Shown: piece by piece, positions 8,834 through 19,022 of the stretch
Numbering within the stretch: position 1 is the stretch's first letter
Layout of the letters: each line of letters starts with the position of its first letter
Assembly (NCBI GenBank): GCA_963844845.1
Contig: CAWJPW010000003.1
Coordinates: forward strand, 190,391-254,390
Direction: 5' to 3'
Length of the DNA: 64,000 nt
Origin: an uncultured Acidobacteriota bacterium
GTDB taxonomy: Bacteria; Acidobacteriota; Thermoanaerobaculia; Thermoanaerobaculales; Sulfomarinibacteraceae
The notes under the pieces: generated by a model
Databases searched by the model: none
Told to the model about the DNA's origin: nothing
What the model saw: the letters and a program-made list of their open reading frames with translations, nothing else
Program-made: the position numbers and the translations under genes

Positions 8834-9838
8834 GTGCGGTTCGCACGACGTTTCCCCGGGTTTCGCCTCCGCCTGACGCGGTGGGGTGGCTTCTTCCTCC
8901 TGTGCCTGCTGGTGCTGGGGGCGGCTGCCGTCAACACCGGCAACAACGCCCTCATGATGATGGTGGGCGTGGCCATGGGCAGCTTCGTGGTCTCCGGAGC
9001 CTGGTCCCGCCAGGTGCTCGGCAACCTCGAGGTGGAGGTACGTCCGCCCCGTGAGATGTTCGCCTGCCGCGGCGCCGAGGTGGAGGTGTCACTCGTCAAT
9101 CGCGGCCGGCTGGTGCCGGCATACGGAGTGGTGGTCCGCGACCGTGACGGGTCGGTTCTTCTCACCGAGCCCCTGCTCGCCGCCGGGGAAGCGAGCTGGC
9201 ATGTGGCGCGGATCACCCGCGACCGGCGGGGCTGGCAGCGACTGGGCCCGTGGCGCCTCGAGGTCCTCCTCCCGCTGGGGTTCTTCCTCAAGTCCAAGGA
9301 GGTGGCGCGGGAGGTGGATGTTCTCGTATATCCGGAGCTGATGCCGGCGGCCGCGGTACGCCTGGAGCGTCGGGGTCGCCAGCCCTCCACCACCACCGAG
9401 GCTCGTCGGGGCCGCGAGGGGGAAATTCTGCAGCTGCGCACCTTCCGTGGTGGTGACGAGCGCCGTCACATTCACTGGAAGCAGAGCGCCCGTCAGCAGA
9501 TGCTGATCGTGGCCGACCGCGAGGCGGCGGTGCAGGAGCCGCGCTACCTGGTTGTCGACCTGCGGGTGTCAGACCCCGGCGATCCGGCTGTACTCGAGCG
9601 CTTCGAGCGAATGATCTCAGAGGTCGCCACAGTTGCGGTGGCGCGGCTGCGGCAGCGTGAGCCCGTGGGTCTCGTGCTGGGGGCCCGGGTGGTCCCACCG
9701 GTGGCGGATCTGGCTCGTTCCAGGGTGCTGCTGGCGCCCCTCGCCGCGGCGCTCCCCACCACCCTCGACGAGCCGCCGCCGCGAGGCGCCGCCGAGGCGA
9801 CGGTGCTCGCCAGCTTTCGCCTCGAGGGCGCCGCATGA
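8834..9838 (+). CDS. DUF58-family protein (MoxR-associated, VWA-like)
   Basis: Canonical position after MoxR. Two N-terminal TM segments. Conserved block LRTFRGGDERRHIHWKQSAR. I prefer the GTG start at 8834, preceded by GGAG at 8824-8827; the ORF is open from 8711. Confidence 0.8.
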   Translation: MRFARRFPGFRLRLTRWGGFFLLCLLVLGAAAVNTGNNALMMMVGVAMGSFVVSGAWSRQVLGNLEVEVRPPREMFACRGAEVEVSLVNRGRLVPAYGVVVRDRDGSVLLTEPLLAAGEASWHVARITRDRRGWQRLGPWRLEVLLPLGFFLKSKEVAREVDVLVYPELMPAAAVRLERRGRQPSTTTEARRGREGEILQLRTFRGGDERRHIHWKQSARQQMLIVADREAAVQEPRYLVVDLRVSDPGDPAVLERFERMISEVATVAVARLRQREPVGLVLGARVVPPVADLARSRVLLAPLAAALPTTLDEPPPRGAAEATVLASFRLEGAA

Positions 9839-11829
9839 GCTCATACCGCCGCCTCCTCGCCGGGCTCCTCGCCTGGGCGGTGGTGCCGCTCGCCTTCACC
9901 GGCATCGTGCTGCCGCCGTTCTGGCTGGCCGCCTTGGCCGCCGTCGCGGCTCTCTGGCTCTCGCCGGTGCCGCTCCGTCTGGCCACGGCATGGGAGAACG
10001 TGGCGGGAGTGGCCATCCTCGTCACGGTGGTTGGCGTGGGCGGTTGGCAGGTGGGGCCGCTGCGCCCGCTCGGTCACCTTCTCCTCCTGCTGGCGGTGCT
10101 GCGGGTGCTGGGAGTCCGCGATCGGCGGACCTTCCTGCGTGCCCTGCCCATGGTGGGGCTGGTGTGGGCAGTGGGGGTGGCGTCGTCCACCCACGTGGCC
10201 CTGCTGGGTTACCTGGTGGTCTCGGTGGCGGTGGGATGGTGGGCCGGGCTCCGAGTCCTGCTGCAGGGCCAGCTGGAAGCGGCGGGTGGCATGGTGGCGG
10301 CGCTTCCCAGGCTCCGGCACGTGGCGGTGGCGACGACGGCGGTGCTCCTCCTGGCGGTTCCTTTGTTCGTGGCGATCCCGCGGCTACGCTCACCGTGGGT
10401 GGCGGCCGGCGCGGGGGGGCGGCACAGCGTCTCCGGCTTCTCGGAGGCCGTGGCGCTCAACTCGGTGGGTGCGATCCAGAGCTCGCGACAGGTTGCGCTG
10501 GTGGTGGGCGTGCCGCCCGGAGTGCGGGCGGATCGCGCGGTCGCCCACCTGCGGGGCACCGCCTTCGACCTGTTGCGCACCGGCCAGTGGGTGCCGCGGC
10601 GCGCCGGGACCCGACTGCTGCGGCCCCGAGATGGCGTGGTGTGGTTGCGCGACGACGTCCGCGACCTGAAGGGACTGCCCCTGCTGCGAGTCGAGCAGCT
10701 GGTGCCCGAGCGCTACCTGTTCCTGCCGCCGGGCGCAGTGGCCGTTCGTTCGCCGGTGCCGCTGGCGGTGGACGCCTCCGGCGGGGTGGTCCCCCAGTCG
10801 GGCCGCCGCCGGCCCCTGAGCTTCGACGTCTGGGTGGCGGACGGCCGTCGGGCGCTGCCGCCTCCCCGCGAACGTGACCTCTTCATCCAGGGGCATACCG
10901 ACGACCTGCGGCGCCTGGCGCAGGTGGCCGTGGCCGGGGCCTCCGGAGTCGAGGCCCGGGCCGGAAGCATCGTGCGCTTTCTCCGCGAGCGCTGCCGCTA
11001 CTCCCTCACCGCGGCGCCGCCACGGGGGCGGGACCCGGTGCTGTGGTTCCTGGAGGAGGGGCGGCGCGGCCACTGCGAGTTCTTCGCCGGCTCCATGGTG
11101 CTGCTCCTGCGCGCGCTGGGGGTGCCGGCACGGATGGTGGGAGGGTACGCGGGAGGCAGCTTCTCTCCCCGGGGCGACGAGGTCTTCGTGCGCCAGGCCA
11201 ACGCCCACACCTGGGTCGAGGTCTGGGGTGGCGAGGCGCGTGGCTGGCTCCTGTTCGACCCGACCCCGGCAGAGGGCATCCCTGGCTTGGCGGGAGCAGC
11301 CGGCGGTCTCGAGCGCCTGCGTTGGGCCTGGGAGTCCGTGCAGGTGACGTGGGACCGCTGGATCCTCACTTTCGGTTCGGCCGAGCAGGGCGATCTCCTC
11401 GCCGGCGGTTTCTCGTGGGCGCTGGGCGCCGCGCGCGGGGTCACGCCGGCGCGTGTCGCCGGCGGTCTCCTGGCGGTCGCCCTGGTGATGGCCATGGCCG
11501 TCCTGCTGCGCGTCGGCAAGGGACGGCGCAGACGCCGGCCAGCGGCGGCAGCAGCGGTCCTGGAGCGCCTGGCTATGCGGCTGCATGCGGCCGGGGCCTC
11601 GTTGCCGCGACGGGCCACGGTGCGCCACATCGGGGCTGCGACGGTCCAACGCTGGCCGTGGGTCCGCCCGCAGGTCGTGCGCCTGGTGCACCTCGCAGAG
11701 GAGGAGCTCTACTCGGGCAGAGCACTGGATCGGCAGCGCGAGCTCGAGGCGCGGCGCCTGTGGGGGACGCTGCGGCAGAGCCTGCGGCGACGCCCGCCGG
11801 CCGTCGCGTCCGAAGTCCGCCGAGCCTGA
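9835..11829 (+). CDS. Transglutaminase-like membrane protein (TgpA-type: polytopic N-terminus plus transglutaminase core)
   Basis: Multiple N-terminal TM helices. Transglutaminase core GHCEFFAGSMVLLLRALGVPARMVGGY..AHTWVEVW (Cys/His/Asp-type). 4-nt overlap with DUF58. Confidence 0.88.
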   Translation: MSSYRRLLAGLLAWAVVPLAFTGIVLPPFWLAALAAVAALWLSPVPLRLATAWENVAGVAILVTVVGVGGWQVGPLRPLGHLLLLLAVLRVLGVRDRRTFLRALPMVGLVWAVGVASSTHVALLGYLVVSVAVGWWAGLRVLLQGQLEAAGGMVAALPRLRHVAVATTAVLLLAVPLFVAIPRLRSPWVAAGAGGRHSVSGFSEAVALNSVGAIQSSRQVALVVGVPPGVRADRAVAHLRGTAFDLLRTGQWVPRRAGTRLLRPRDGVVWLRDDVRDLKGLPLLRVEQLVPERYLFLPPGAVAVRSPVPLAVDASGGVVPQSGRRRPLSFDVWVADGRRALPPPRERDLFIQGHTDDLRRLAQVAVAGASGVEARAGSIVRFLRERCRYSLTAAPPRGRDPVLWFLEEGRRGHCEFFAGSMVLLLRALGVPARMVGGYAGGSFSPRGDEVFVRQANAHTWVEVWGGEARGWLLFDPTPAEGIPGLAGAAGGLERLRWAWESVQVTWDRWILTFGSAEQGDLLAGGFSWALGAARGVTPARVAGGLLAVALVMAMAVLLRVGKGRRRRRPAAAAAVLERLAMRLHAAGASLPRRATVRHIGAATVQRWPWVRPQVVRLVHLAEEELYSGRALDRQRELEARRLWGTLRQSLRRRPPAVASEVRRA

Positions 11830-11876
11830 CGATGACGGATGGCGCCTCCGGCTTGCCCGAGTACGGCCGCGCCACT

Positions 11877-13205
11877 ATGATGAGGAGCGACGGTCACATG
11901 CGGCGTACTCTTCTCCTCTTCGCTGCCCTGCTCGCGCTGGGCTTCGCGGCCCCGGCCCATCCCGCCGAGGTGGTGGTGGTTCACATCCACGACACCATCC
12001 AACCGGCCTCCCAGCGCTACCTGGAGCGCGGCCTCGACGAGGCGGCCCGGCGGGATGCCAGCCTCGCCATCGTGGAGCTGGACACCCCCGGCGGGCTCAT
12101 GAGCTCCATGCGCGAGATGGTCACCGCCATCACGACCTCGCCGGTGCCGGTGGCGGTCTACGTGACCCCGGCGGGGGCGCAGGCGGCGTCCGCCGGCTTC
12201 TTCCTCCTCATGGCCGCCGACATCGCCGCGATGGCGCCGGGCACCAACACCGGCGCCGCCCACCCTGTGGGCGGACAGGGCAAGAACCTTCCCGAGGACG
12301 TGCGGCTCAAGGCCACCAACGACGCTGCCGCGATGATCCGCTCCCTGACCAAGCCCCGTGACCGCAATGTGGAGCTCGCCGAGAAGGCGATCACCGAGAG
12401 CCTCTCCTTCAGCGCGGACGAGGCGCATGAGAAGAACCTCGTGGAGGTGGTGGAGCCCGACCTGCCGGCACTGATCAAGGCGCTCGACGGACGCGAGGTC
12501 CACCGCTTCAGCGGCGAGGCCGCGACCCTCGAGCTGAAGGACGCCATTGTCACCGAGGTGCCGCCGAGCCGCGCCGAGGAGCTCCTCTCGGTGCTCGCCA
12601 ACCCCAACATCGCCTACATCCTCATGGCCATCGGCATGCTCGGCATCTACATGGAACTCGCTCACCCCGGTGCGGTGCTGCCCGGCGTGGTGGGGGCCAT
12701 CGCGCTCCTGCTCGCACTCTTCTCCATGTCGGTGCTGCCCGTCAACCTGGTGGGGGTGGCGCTGATGCTCGTCGCCCTCGTTCTGTTCATCCTCGAGGTG
12801 AAGGTCACCAGCTATGGCCTCCTCACCGTTGGTGGACTGATCGCTTTCGTCCTGGGGTCCCTCATGCTCTTCGACGCGCCCATCCCCGACATGCGGGTGA
12901 GCCTTTCGGTGATCCTGCCCACCGCCGTGGTCCTCGCCGGGGTGGTGATCTTCCTCCTCACCCGCGTGGTCCGGGTGCACCGCACCCGGCCCGCCACCGG
13001 CCGGGAAGGCATGGTGGGCGAGGTGGGCGAGGTGCGGGTGGCGCTGGCCCCCGAGGGCACCGTGCGGGTGCACGGGGAGTGGTGGGTCGCCCGGTCTTCG
13101 GGCAGTGAGCTGCCGGTGGGGACCCGCGTTCGGGTGACGAGGGTGGACAGCTTCACCCTCGAGGTAGAGCCGATTGACGGCTCGGAAGGAGAGAGGAGAG
13201 CATGA
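11877..13205 (+). CDS. NfeD-family membrane-bound ClpP-class serine protease
   Basis: Signal-like [22 protein letters not shown]. ClpP-like domain [31 protein letters not shown]. Four TM helices and a C-terminal NfeD OB-fold ([12 protein letters not shown]). Start is uncertain (ATG at 11832, 11877 or 11898). Confidence 0.85.
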   Translation: MMRSDGHMRRTLLLFAALLALGFAAPAHPAEVVVVHIHDTIQPASQRYLERGLDEAARRDASLAIVELDTPGGLMSSMREMVTAITTSPVPVAVYVTPAGAQAASAGFFLLMAADIAAMAPGTNTGAAHPVGGQGKNLPEDVRLKATNDAAAMIRSLTKPRDRNVELAEKAITESLSFSADEAHEKNLVEVVEPDLPALIKALDGREVHRFSGEAATLELKDAIVTEVPPSRAEELLSVLANPNIAYILMAIGMLGIYMELAHPGAVLPGVVGAIALLLALFSMSVLPVNLVGVALMLVALVLFILEVKVTSYGLLTVGGLIAFVLGSLMLFDAPIPDMRVSLSVILPTAVVLAGVVIFLLTRVVRVHRTRPATGREGMVGEVGEVRVALAPEGTVRVHGEWWVARSSGSELPVGTRVRVTRVDSFTLEVEPIDGSEGERRA

Positions 13206-13963
13206 ATTCCATCGGATCGGGTTTCGCCCTCGCCATCGTGGTGGCGATCTTCATCGTCTTCAAGTGGATCAACATCCTCAACGAGTACGAGCGCGGCGTC
13301 ATCTTCCGCCTTGGCCGAGTGCTGGTGGAGCCCAAGGGACCCGGTTTCGTCTTCGTGTTCTGGCCCTTCGACCGCATGGTGAAGGTCACCCTGCGCACGG
13401 TGGTGCACGACATTCCGCCGCAGGACGTGATCACCCGCGACAACGTTTCGGTGAAGGTCAACGCGGTGGTCTACTTCCGGGTCATGGCCCCGATCAAGAC
13501 GGTGATCGAGGTGGAGAACTACATCTACGCCACCTCGCAGCTCGCCCAGACCACCCTGCGCTCGGTCCTCGGCGAGGCCGAGCTCGATCAGCTGCTGTCC
13601 CAGCGCGAGACCCTCAATCTGCGGCTGCAGACGATCATCGACCAGCACTCCGACCCCTGGGGCGTGAAGGTGTCGATGGTGGAGATCAAGCACGTAGACC
13701 TGCCGCAGGAGATGCAGCGGACGATGGCGCGCCAGGCCGAGGCCGAGCGCGAGAAGCGGGCCAAGATCATCCACGCCGAGGGCGAGCTGGAGGCCTCCGT
13801 GAAGCTGGCTGAGGCGGCCGACGTCATGTCCGCGAACACCGCGACCATGCAGCTGCGCTACCTGCAGACTCTCACCGAGATCTCCACCGAGAACGCCGCC
13901 ACCATCGTCTTCCCGGTGCCGCTCAAGATGTTCGAGGGCCTGTTCGGCGGGAAGCAGGACTAG
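13202..13963 (+). CDS. SPFH/band-7 (stomatin-like) protein
   Basis: [61 protein letters not shown]; classic NfeD-stomatin pairing with a 4-nt overlap. Confidence 0.92.
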   Translation: MNSIGSGFALAIVVAIFIVFKWINILNEYERGVIFRLGRVLVEPKGPGFVFVFWPFDRMVKVTLRTVVHDIPPQDVITRDNVSVKVNAVVYFRVMAPIKTVIEVENYIYATSQLAQTTLRSVLGEAELDQLLSQRETLNLRLQTIIDQHSDPWGVKVSMVEIKHVDLPQEMQRTMARQAEAEREKRAKIIHAEGELEASVKLAEAADVMSANTATMQLRYLQTLTEISTENAATIVFPVPLKMFEGLFGGKQD

Positions 13964-13971
13964 CCGGGTAC

Positions 13972-14601
13972 ATGGCGCGCACCTACTACCAGATCGAGCT
14001 CACCGCGCGGCAGCTCACCGTGCTCCTGGTGGTCCTGGCCGGGCTCCTGGTGCTGGCCTTCGCGTTGGGCTACGGGGCCGCGTGGTCGGTGCTCGGCGGC
14101 GGCCCGGGCGTCGTCGGGTCCCCCGATACGCCCGGCCCGGGCGGTGGCGCGCCCATGACCGAGACGCGCCTTGAGCCTACGGCAGAGACGGTGCTCAGCA
14201 GCGCCACCCCGGTGGTGCTGGGAGAGCCCACCCGGCCGCCGCTACCGGCGCCCACCGCCAGGCCGCCGCTTCCCACCCCGACTCCCCCGCCCACCGCGCC
14301 GCCCACCCCTGGCCCCACCGCGGTACCTACGGCGGTGCCCACCGCAGTGCCCGAGCGCACCGCGTACTGGGTGCAGGTGCTGGCGGTGGAGCACCGGGCC
14401 ACCGTCGACGATGCGCAGACGCGGCTCGAAGCGCTCCAGTTTCCGGCCTCACACCAGCGTCTCATCCAGGAGCGCACGCGGCGGGGGAATGTGCTTTACA
14501 AGCTGCGCGTTGGCCCCTTCCCGGACCGCGACTCGGCCGCGCGCGTGATGCGCCGGATGCGCGCCGCGGGCTTCCCTGATGCCTGGATGGTGAGCCCATG
14601 A
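13972..14601 (+). CDS. SPOR-domain membrane protein
   Basis: N-terminal TM segment, Pro/Thr-rich linker, and C-terminal SPOR-like domain YWVQVLAVEH..YKLRVGPFPDRDSAARVMRRMRAAGFPDAWMV. Confidence 0.8.
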   Translation: MARTYYQIELTARQLTVLLVVLAGLLVLAFALGYGAAWSVLGGGPGVVGSPDTPGPGGGAPMTETRLEPTAETVLSSATPVVLGEPTRPPLPAPTARPPLPTPTPPPTAPPTPGPTAVPTAVPTAVPERTAYWVQVLAVEHRATVDDAQTRLEALQFPASHQRLIQERTRRGNVLYKLRVGPFPDRDSAARVMRRMRAAGFPDAWMVSP

Positions 14602-15479
14602 GCTTTGGCGGCCACGTTCCCGCACCTTTGCTGCCGGACTGGATTCGGCAGCGCAAGCTGCGCCTGGGTGAGCTTCACGCCATCAAGCGCCGCATGCGCG
14701 AGGGCGGCCTGCACACGGTGTGCGAGGAGGCGCGCTGCCCCAACCGCTCCGAGTGCTTCTCGCGGGGGACTGCCACCTTCCTCATCAACGGCCGGGTGTG
14801 CACCCGCAACTGCGGCTACTGCTCCATCGCCCATGGGCGGCCGCGCCCCCTCGACACCGACGAGCCGGCCCACCTGGTGGAGACTGTGCTCAACATGGAC
14901 CTCAAGCACGTGGTCATCACCGCGGTGGACCGCGACGACCTCGCCGACGGTGGAGCCGGCGGCTTCGTCGAGGCGATCCGCCGCCTGCGCGCGCTACCCG
15001 AATCGCCAACAATCGAAGTGCTCACCCCGGACTTCCGCGGCGACCTCGCCCAGGTGGACCGGATCATTGCCGCCGGGCCTGATGTCTACAACCACAACGT
15101 CGAGACCGTGCCCCGCCTCTACCGCCGGGTGCGCCGCTCCGGGCGCTACCGGTGGGCGCTGGAGGTCCTCGGTCGGGTCGCCGCCACCGCTCCCAGCATG
15201 ATCCGCAAATCCGGGCTCATGGTAGGCCTGGGCGAGACCCACGACGAGCTGGTGGCGGTGCTCGAAGACCTCGCCGCGGCGGGCTGCCAGGTGGTGACCA
15301 TCGGGCAGTACCTGCAGCCGACCCCGCAGCAGGTTCCGGTGGAGCGCTACTGGCACCCCGACGAGTTCGCCGCCCTCGAGGAGGCCGGCCGTCGCCTCGG
15401 CCTCGAGGTCTTCGCCGGCCCCTTCGTGCGCTCCTCGTACCGCGCGGAGGAGGCGTTTCTGAAGGTCGTCGGCAGCTGA
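14598..15479 (+). CDS. lipA: Lipoyl synthase
   Basis: Both Fe-S cysteine motifs are present: CEEARCPNRSEC and CTRNCGYCSI. Confidence 0.95.
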   Translation: MSFGGHVPAPLLPDWIRQRKLRLGELHAIKRRMREGGLHTVCEEARCPNRSECFSRGTATFLINGRVCTRNCGYCSIAHGRPRPLDTDEPAHLVETVLNMDLKHVVITAVDRDDLADGGAGGFVEAIRRLRALPESPTIEVLTPDFRGDLAQVDRIIAAGPDVYNHNVETVPRLYRRVRRSGRYRWALEVLGRVAATAPSMIRKSGLMVGLGETHDELVAVLEDLAAAGCQVVTIGQYLQPTPQQVPVERYWHPDEFAALEEAGRRLGLEVFAGPFVRSSYRAEEAFLKVVGS

Positions 15480-15491
15480 GAAGCCAGGGTA

Positions 15492-15713
15492 GGGAAGAAG
15501 GTAGACGGGAAAGGGAAGACGCTTCCCCCCACCCTCCCCGAGCCGAGCGTGAGGTCAATGTGCCGGCGTTCATGAACAGGTGAGCTGACTCGGAGCTGCA
15601 TTGAGGCCGAGTGAACCTGGGTCGCGGGCAAGCTGTGAAGGGTGATCTCGAGTGTTCGGCGCGTTGGGTGGGAGGGGGAAGAGCCTTTCCCGTTTTCCTT
15701 TTCCCGTTTCCCC
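15492..15713. repeat. Intergenic element X1: ~45-bp imperfect inverted arms flanking a ~125-bp core (lipA-tmk spacer)
   Basis: Left arm gggaagaaggtagacgggaaagggaagacgcttccccccaccctcccc (15492-15539). Right arm gggtgggagggggaagagcctttcccgttttccttttcccgtttcccc (15666-15713) is its imperfect reverse complement. Confidence 0.7.
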
Positions 15714-15740
15714 TGCGCCAGTCTGCGGTATCCTCGCCCA

Positions 15741-16373
15741 ATGGCGACGGGCTTCTTCATCACCTTCGAGGGCGGCGAGGGTACCGGCAAGAGCACCCAG
15801 CTCGAGCTGCTGCGCCGGCACCTGGCGCCGCGTCGCGAGGTGGTGGAGACCCGTGAGCCCGGCGGCACGCCGGTGGCCGAGGCGGCGCGGGCGATCCTCC
15901 TGGATCCCGCCCTCGACCCCGACGCCCTCACCGAGCTCTTCCTCCTGGCCGCTGCCCGCCGCGACCACGTGGAGACGGTGATCCGGCCAGCCATGGCACG
16001 CGGCGCCGTGGTGCTGTGCGACCGGTTCACCGACTCGTCGGTGGTGTACCAGGGGCTCGCCGGGGGCGTCGACGCTGCTGTTGTGGACGAGATCAACCAC
16101 CTCGCCACCGGCGGGCTCTCCCCTGGCCTCACGCTGGTCTTCGACCTCGACCCCGAGGCGGCCCTGCCGCGGGTGCATACGCGCAACGGCGCTGCCGGTG
16201 GCGCCGAGAGCCGCATCGACGAGCGCCCCGCCGAGTTCCACCGGCGGGTGCGCGAGGCCTTCCTCGAGCTCGCCCGGCGTGAGCCAGGGAGGATCCGGGT
16301 GGTGGCGGCCGGGGGGACGCCCGAGGAGATCCACCAGCGCGTTCGCGCCTGCCTCCCGGAGGCCCTCGGGTGA
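15741..16373 (+). CDS. tmk: Thymidylate kinase
   Basis: GFFITFEGGEGTGKSTQ P-loop and DRFTDSSVVYQG motif. Start taken at ATG 15741 (MATGFFITFEG); the ORF is open further upstream. Confidence 0.92.
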   Translation: MATGFFITFEGGEGTGKSTQLELLRRHLAPRREVVETREPGGTPVAEAARAILLDPALDPDALTELFLLAAARRDHVETVIRPAMARGAVVLCDRFTDSSVVYQGLAGGVDAAVVDEINHLATGGLSPGLTLVFDLDPEAALPRVHTRNGAAGGAESRIDERPAEFHRRVREAFLELARREPGRIRVVAAGGTPEEIHQRVRACLPEALG

Positions 16374-17266
16374 GCCCGGCCGAGACCGCCGCGTGGCTGC
16401 CCGGCGCCGACCTCGACGCCGGCCGCTGGGGCGAGCTGGCCCGGCCGGTGGTGGAGCGTGCCGCCCGCGCCCACGCCGCCGGCGTCATGCCGCACGCGCT
16501 CCTGCTGGTGGGCCCGCCCCACCTGGGACGGGAGCTGGCGGCGGTGGAGCTGGCGGCGCTCCTCACCTGCCCCGAGCGCGCCGGCACCGGCTGCTCGTGC
16601 GCCAGCTGCCAACGGGTGCGCCGCGGCCTCCACCCTGACGTGCAGCTGGTGAGCCCGGCTGCCTCCATCATCACCATCGCCCAGATCCGCGAGGTGGTGG
16701 TCGCCGCCCCCGGGCGACCCTACGAGGGCGTCGGCCGGGTTTGGATCCTGGAAGGCGCCGAGGCCGGTCAGCTGGGGCGCGAGGCGGCCAACGCCTTCCT
16801 CAAGACCCTCGAGGAGCCGGCCTCCCACGTTCACTTCATCCTCCTGGCGGGCAACCCCGATGCGGTCCTCCCCACCGTGCGCTCGCGCTGTCAGCAGCTG
16901 GTGCTGCCCGGCCCCCTGGCCGCCGCCCGCGTCCTCGGCGAGGAGGTGGCGGCGCCCGGCCTCGCCGGCGCCGTCCTCGCCGGCCGCGACGTGGTCGAGG
17001 CGGTGGCAGTGGCGCAAAGCGCGCTTTCCGGCGGCGAGGTGCTCCAGCTGGTGCGGGCCGCCCGCGCCCTGGGCGACCTCCCGGACGGCTATCAGGCGGC
17101 GGCGGCGGCCGCCCTCGGGCTCGCCGCCGAGGACGATGCGGTGGCCCCGGAGCTCACCGTCCTCGCGGGCGAGCTGCTCGCCGCCGAGGGCCGCGCCCGC
17201 GCCCTCAACCTCTCGGCCGAGCGGCAGATCCTCGCCTGCCTCCTGAGCTGGCACACGCGGCGGTGA
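16370..17266 (+). CDS. holB: DNA polymerase III subunit delta'
   Basis: HALLLVGPPHLGRE, Cys cluster C..GCSCASCQRV, FLKTLEEPASHVHFIL, and TVRSRCQ sensor motif; 4-nt overlap with tmk. Confidence 0.88.
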   Translation: MSPAETAAWLPGADLDAGRWGELARPVVERAARAHAAGVMPHALLLVGPPHLGRELAAVELAALLTCPERAGTGCSCASCQRVRRGLHPDVQLVSPAASIITIAQIREVVVAAPGRPYEGVGRVWILEGAEAGQLGREAANAFLKTLEEPASHVHFILLAGNPDAVLPTVRSRCQQLVLPGPLAAARVLGEEVAAPGLAGAVLAGRDVVEAVAVAQSALSGGEVLQLVRAARALGDLPDGYQAAAAAALGLAAEDDAVAPELTVLAGELLAAEGRARALNLSAERQILACLLSWHTRR

Positions 17267-17271
17267 GCGGG

Positions 17272-18099
17272 ATGGCGCCGGGACGCGGGCTGACGCGGTG
17301 GGTGGGGGAGGGTCGCTTTGCGTTGCTGGGAATGGTCCACCTCGAGCCGCTGCCCGGGAGCCCCCGCTGGGGCGGCACGATGACGGCGGTGGTCGAAGCG
17401 GCCCGGCGCGACGCCCGGATCCTCCGCGACGCCGGCTTCGCCGGGGTGATCGTCGAGAACTTCGGTGACGCGCCCTTCGAGCCTGGCGCGCTGCCCCCCG
17501 ACACGGTGGCGGCGCTGACGGTGTGCGCCGGGGCGGTGGCCGAGGAGCTCGCCGGCGCCGGCATGCTGCTGGGGGTCAACGCCCTGCGCAACGACGCCGC
17601 GGCGGCGCTCGGGATCGCGGTGGCGGTGGGGGCGGACCTGATCCGGGTGAACGTCCACGCCGGCGCCATGTGGACGGACCAGGGGCTGATCACGGGTCGG
17701 GCCCACGACACCCTGCGCCGGCGGCGGCTGCTGGGCGCCGAGGTGGCGATCCTCGCCGATGTGCTGGTGAAGCACGCCGAGCCGCCGGCACCGGTGGACC
17801 CGGCGGCCGCGGCCCGCGAGCTGGTGGGGCGCGCCCTGGCCGACGGCCTGGTGGTTACCGGCCGCGCCACCGGCTCAGCGGTCGATTTCGCACGCCTCGA
17901 GGCAGTGGCGGCAGCGGTGCCGGGTACGCCGGTGCTTGTGGGCTCGGGCGTCAACGCCGAGAGCCTTACCCAGCTGGTTGGCTGTGCCGGCGGCGCCATC
18001 GTCGGCACCTGGCTCAAGGTCGGCGGCGACGTCACCGCCCCGGTGGACCCGGAGCGTGCCCGCGCCCTGGTCGCCGCGCGCGACCAGCTCCGAGGCTGA
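17272..18099 (+). CDS. BtpA/SgcQ-family TIM-barrel protein
   Basis: LLGMVHLEPLPGSPRWGG N-terminal signature and size ~275 aa. Start is ATG 17272, 6 nt after the holB stop. Confidence 0.7.
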   Translation: MAPGRGLTRWVGEGRFALLGMVHLEPLPGSPRWGGTMTAVVEAARRDARILRDAGFAGVIVENFGDAPFEPGALPPDTVAALTVCAGAVAEELAGAGMLLGVNALRNDAAAALGIAVAVGADLIRVNVHAGAMWTDQGLITGRAHDTLRRRRLLGAEVAILADVLVKHAEPPAPVDPAAAARELVGRALADGLVVTGRATGSAVDFARLEAVAAAVPGTPVLVGSGVNAESLTQLVGCAGGAIVGTWLKVGGDVTAPVDPERARALVAARDQLRG

Positions 18100-18290
18100 G
18101 TCCCGGTCGGCATCCCGGGGACTCACTCCGGACGACGGCTCCCGGCATCCGGTCGCTGGGGGAGAAGAAAACGCAAAGACGTCAAGGCGCGAAGCCGCCA
18201 CCCACCCGGCCAAGACGACATCCACGTGCAGAGCCGCTCTCCGATCGAGGTCGTTGCACGTGACACCGTCGCGGAGCGGTGCCGGGGCGC

Positions 18291-19022
18291 TCAGGGCGGT
18301 GGCAGCCGCAGCCGGAGCTCGCCGCCGGGCGGGAGGGTACCGGTAGCGCAGACCAGGCCCGAGGTCGGCGGCTCCAGGTAGGCTCCGGCCGTGCAGACGC
18401 TGTAGTCGCCCGGAGCCATCGCGGGGAGGTTGAGGGCGGACCCGGCCAGGAACGGGACGCCGTGCGCGCGGGCCCAGCCGCTGAGGTCGGTGGCCGGCGC
18501 CATGGCCCCGTCGTGCGCCACCATCGTGCGCAGAGGGTCGGCGACCCCGTCGCCGAGCTCCACCGCGAGCGTGCCGCCGGCGCCGCCGACGGCGACGTCG
18601 AGATCCGAGCCCGGGTCCAGGACCACCTGGCGGAGCACGGCCGGGAAGCCCGGCGCCTGCACCAGGAGGTTCGCCAGGCTCGCCGCCGAGGGCTGCTCGA
18701 TCTCGAAGCGTCCCTGGATGTCCGTGCTCACGGGGATCGTCACCGAGAGGCCCGTGACCTGCGGGGTGAGCTGGACGGAGGCCCCGACCACGGGGCCCTG
18801 CGGCGACAGCACGTGGCCCACGATGAGCTGGTTGCGCTCCAGCACCAGGGTCACCTCGGGCGGCTCGCCGTCCTCCGGCAGCTGCACCTGCAGGGGCCGG
18901 CTGGTGCGCTCGCCGTCGGGAAGCAGCCGCGACACCGTGACGGGAGTTGCGGCGGCGTAGACGGATGATGCGCCGGCCATCACAAGGGCCGTCGCCACGT
19001 TGAGTCGCTGCTTCCGAATCAT
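18291..19022 (-). CDS. Secreted hypothetical protein with carboxypeptidase-regulatory-like beta-sandwich segment
   Basis: Start ATG at 19022 is preceded by GGAGGTGGAGG. Signal peptide MIRKQRLNVATALVMAGASSVYAA. Segment GHVLSPQGPVVGASVQL..DIQGRFEI resembles CarboxypepD_reg-type domains. Confidence 0.55.
   Translation of the reverse strand: MIRKQRLNVATALVMAGASSVYAAATPVTVSRLLPDGERTSRPLQVQLPEDGEPPEVTLVLERNQLIVGHVLSPQGPVVGASVQLTPQVTGLSVTIPVSTDIQGRFEIEQPSAASLANLLVQAPGFPAVLRQVVLDPGSDLDVAVGGAGGTLAVELGDGVADPLRTMVAHDGAMAPATDLSGWARAHGVPFLAGSALNLPAMAPGDYSVCTAGAYLEPPTSGLVCATGTLPPGGELRLRLPPP

Noticed and set aside
18100-18290. Possible small RNA or terminator after the BtpA-like gene (stem gagtcccgg..ccggggactc at ~18099-18126).
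   Set aside because: The stem is imperfect, has no T-tract, and has no conserved motif I recognise. It cannot be supported from sequence alone.
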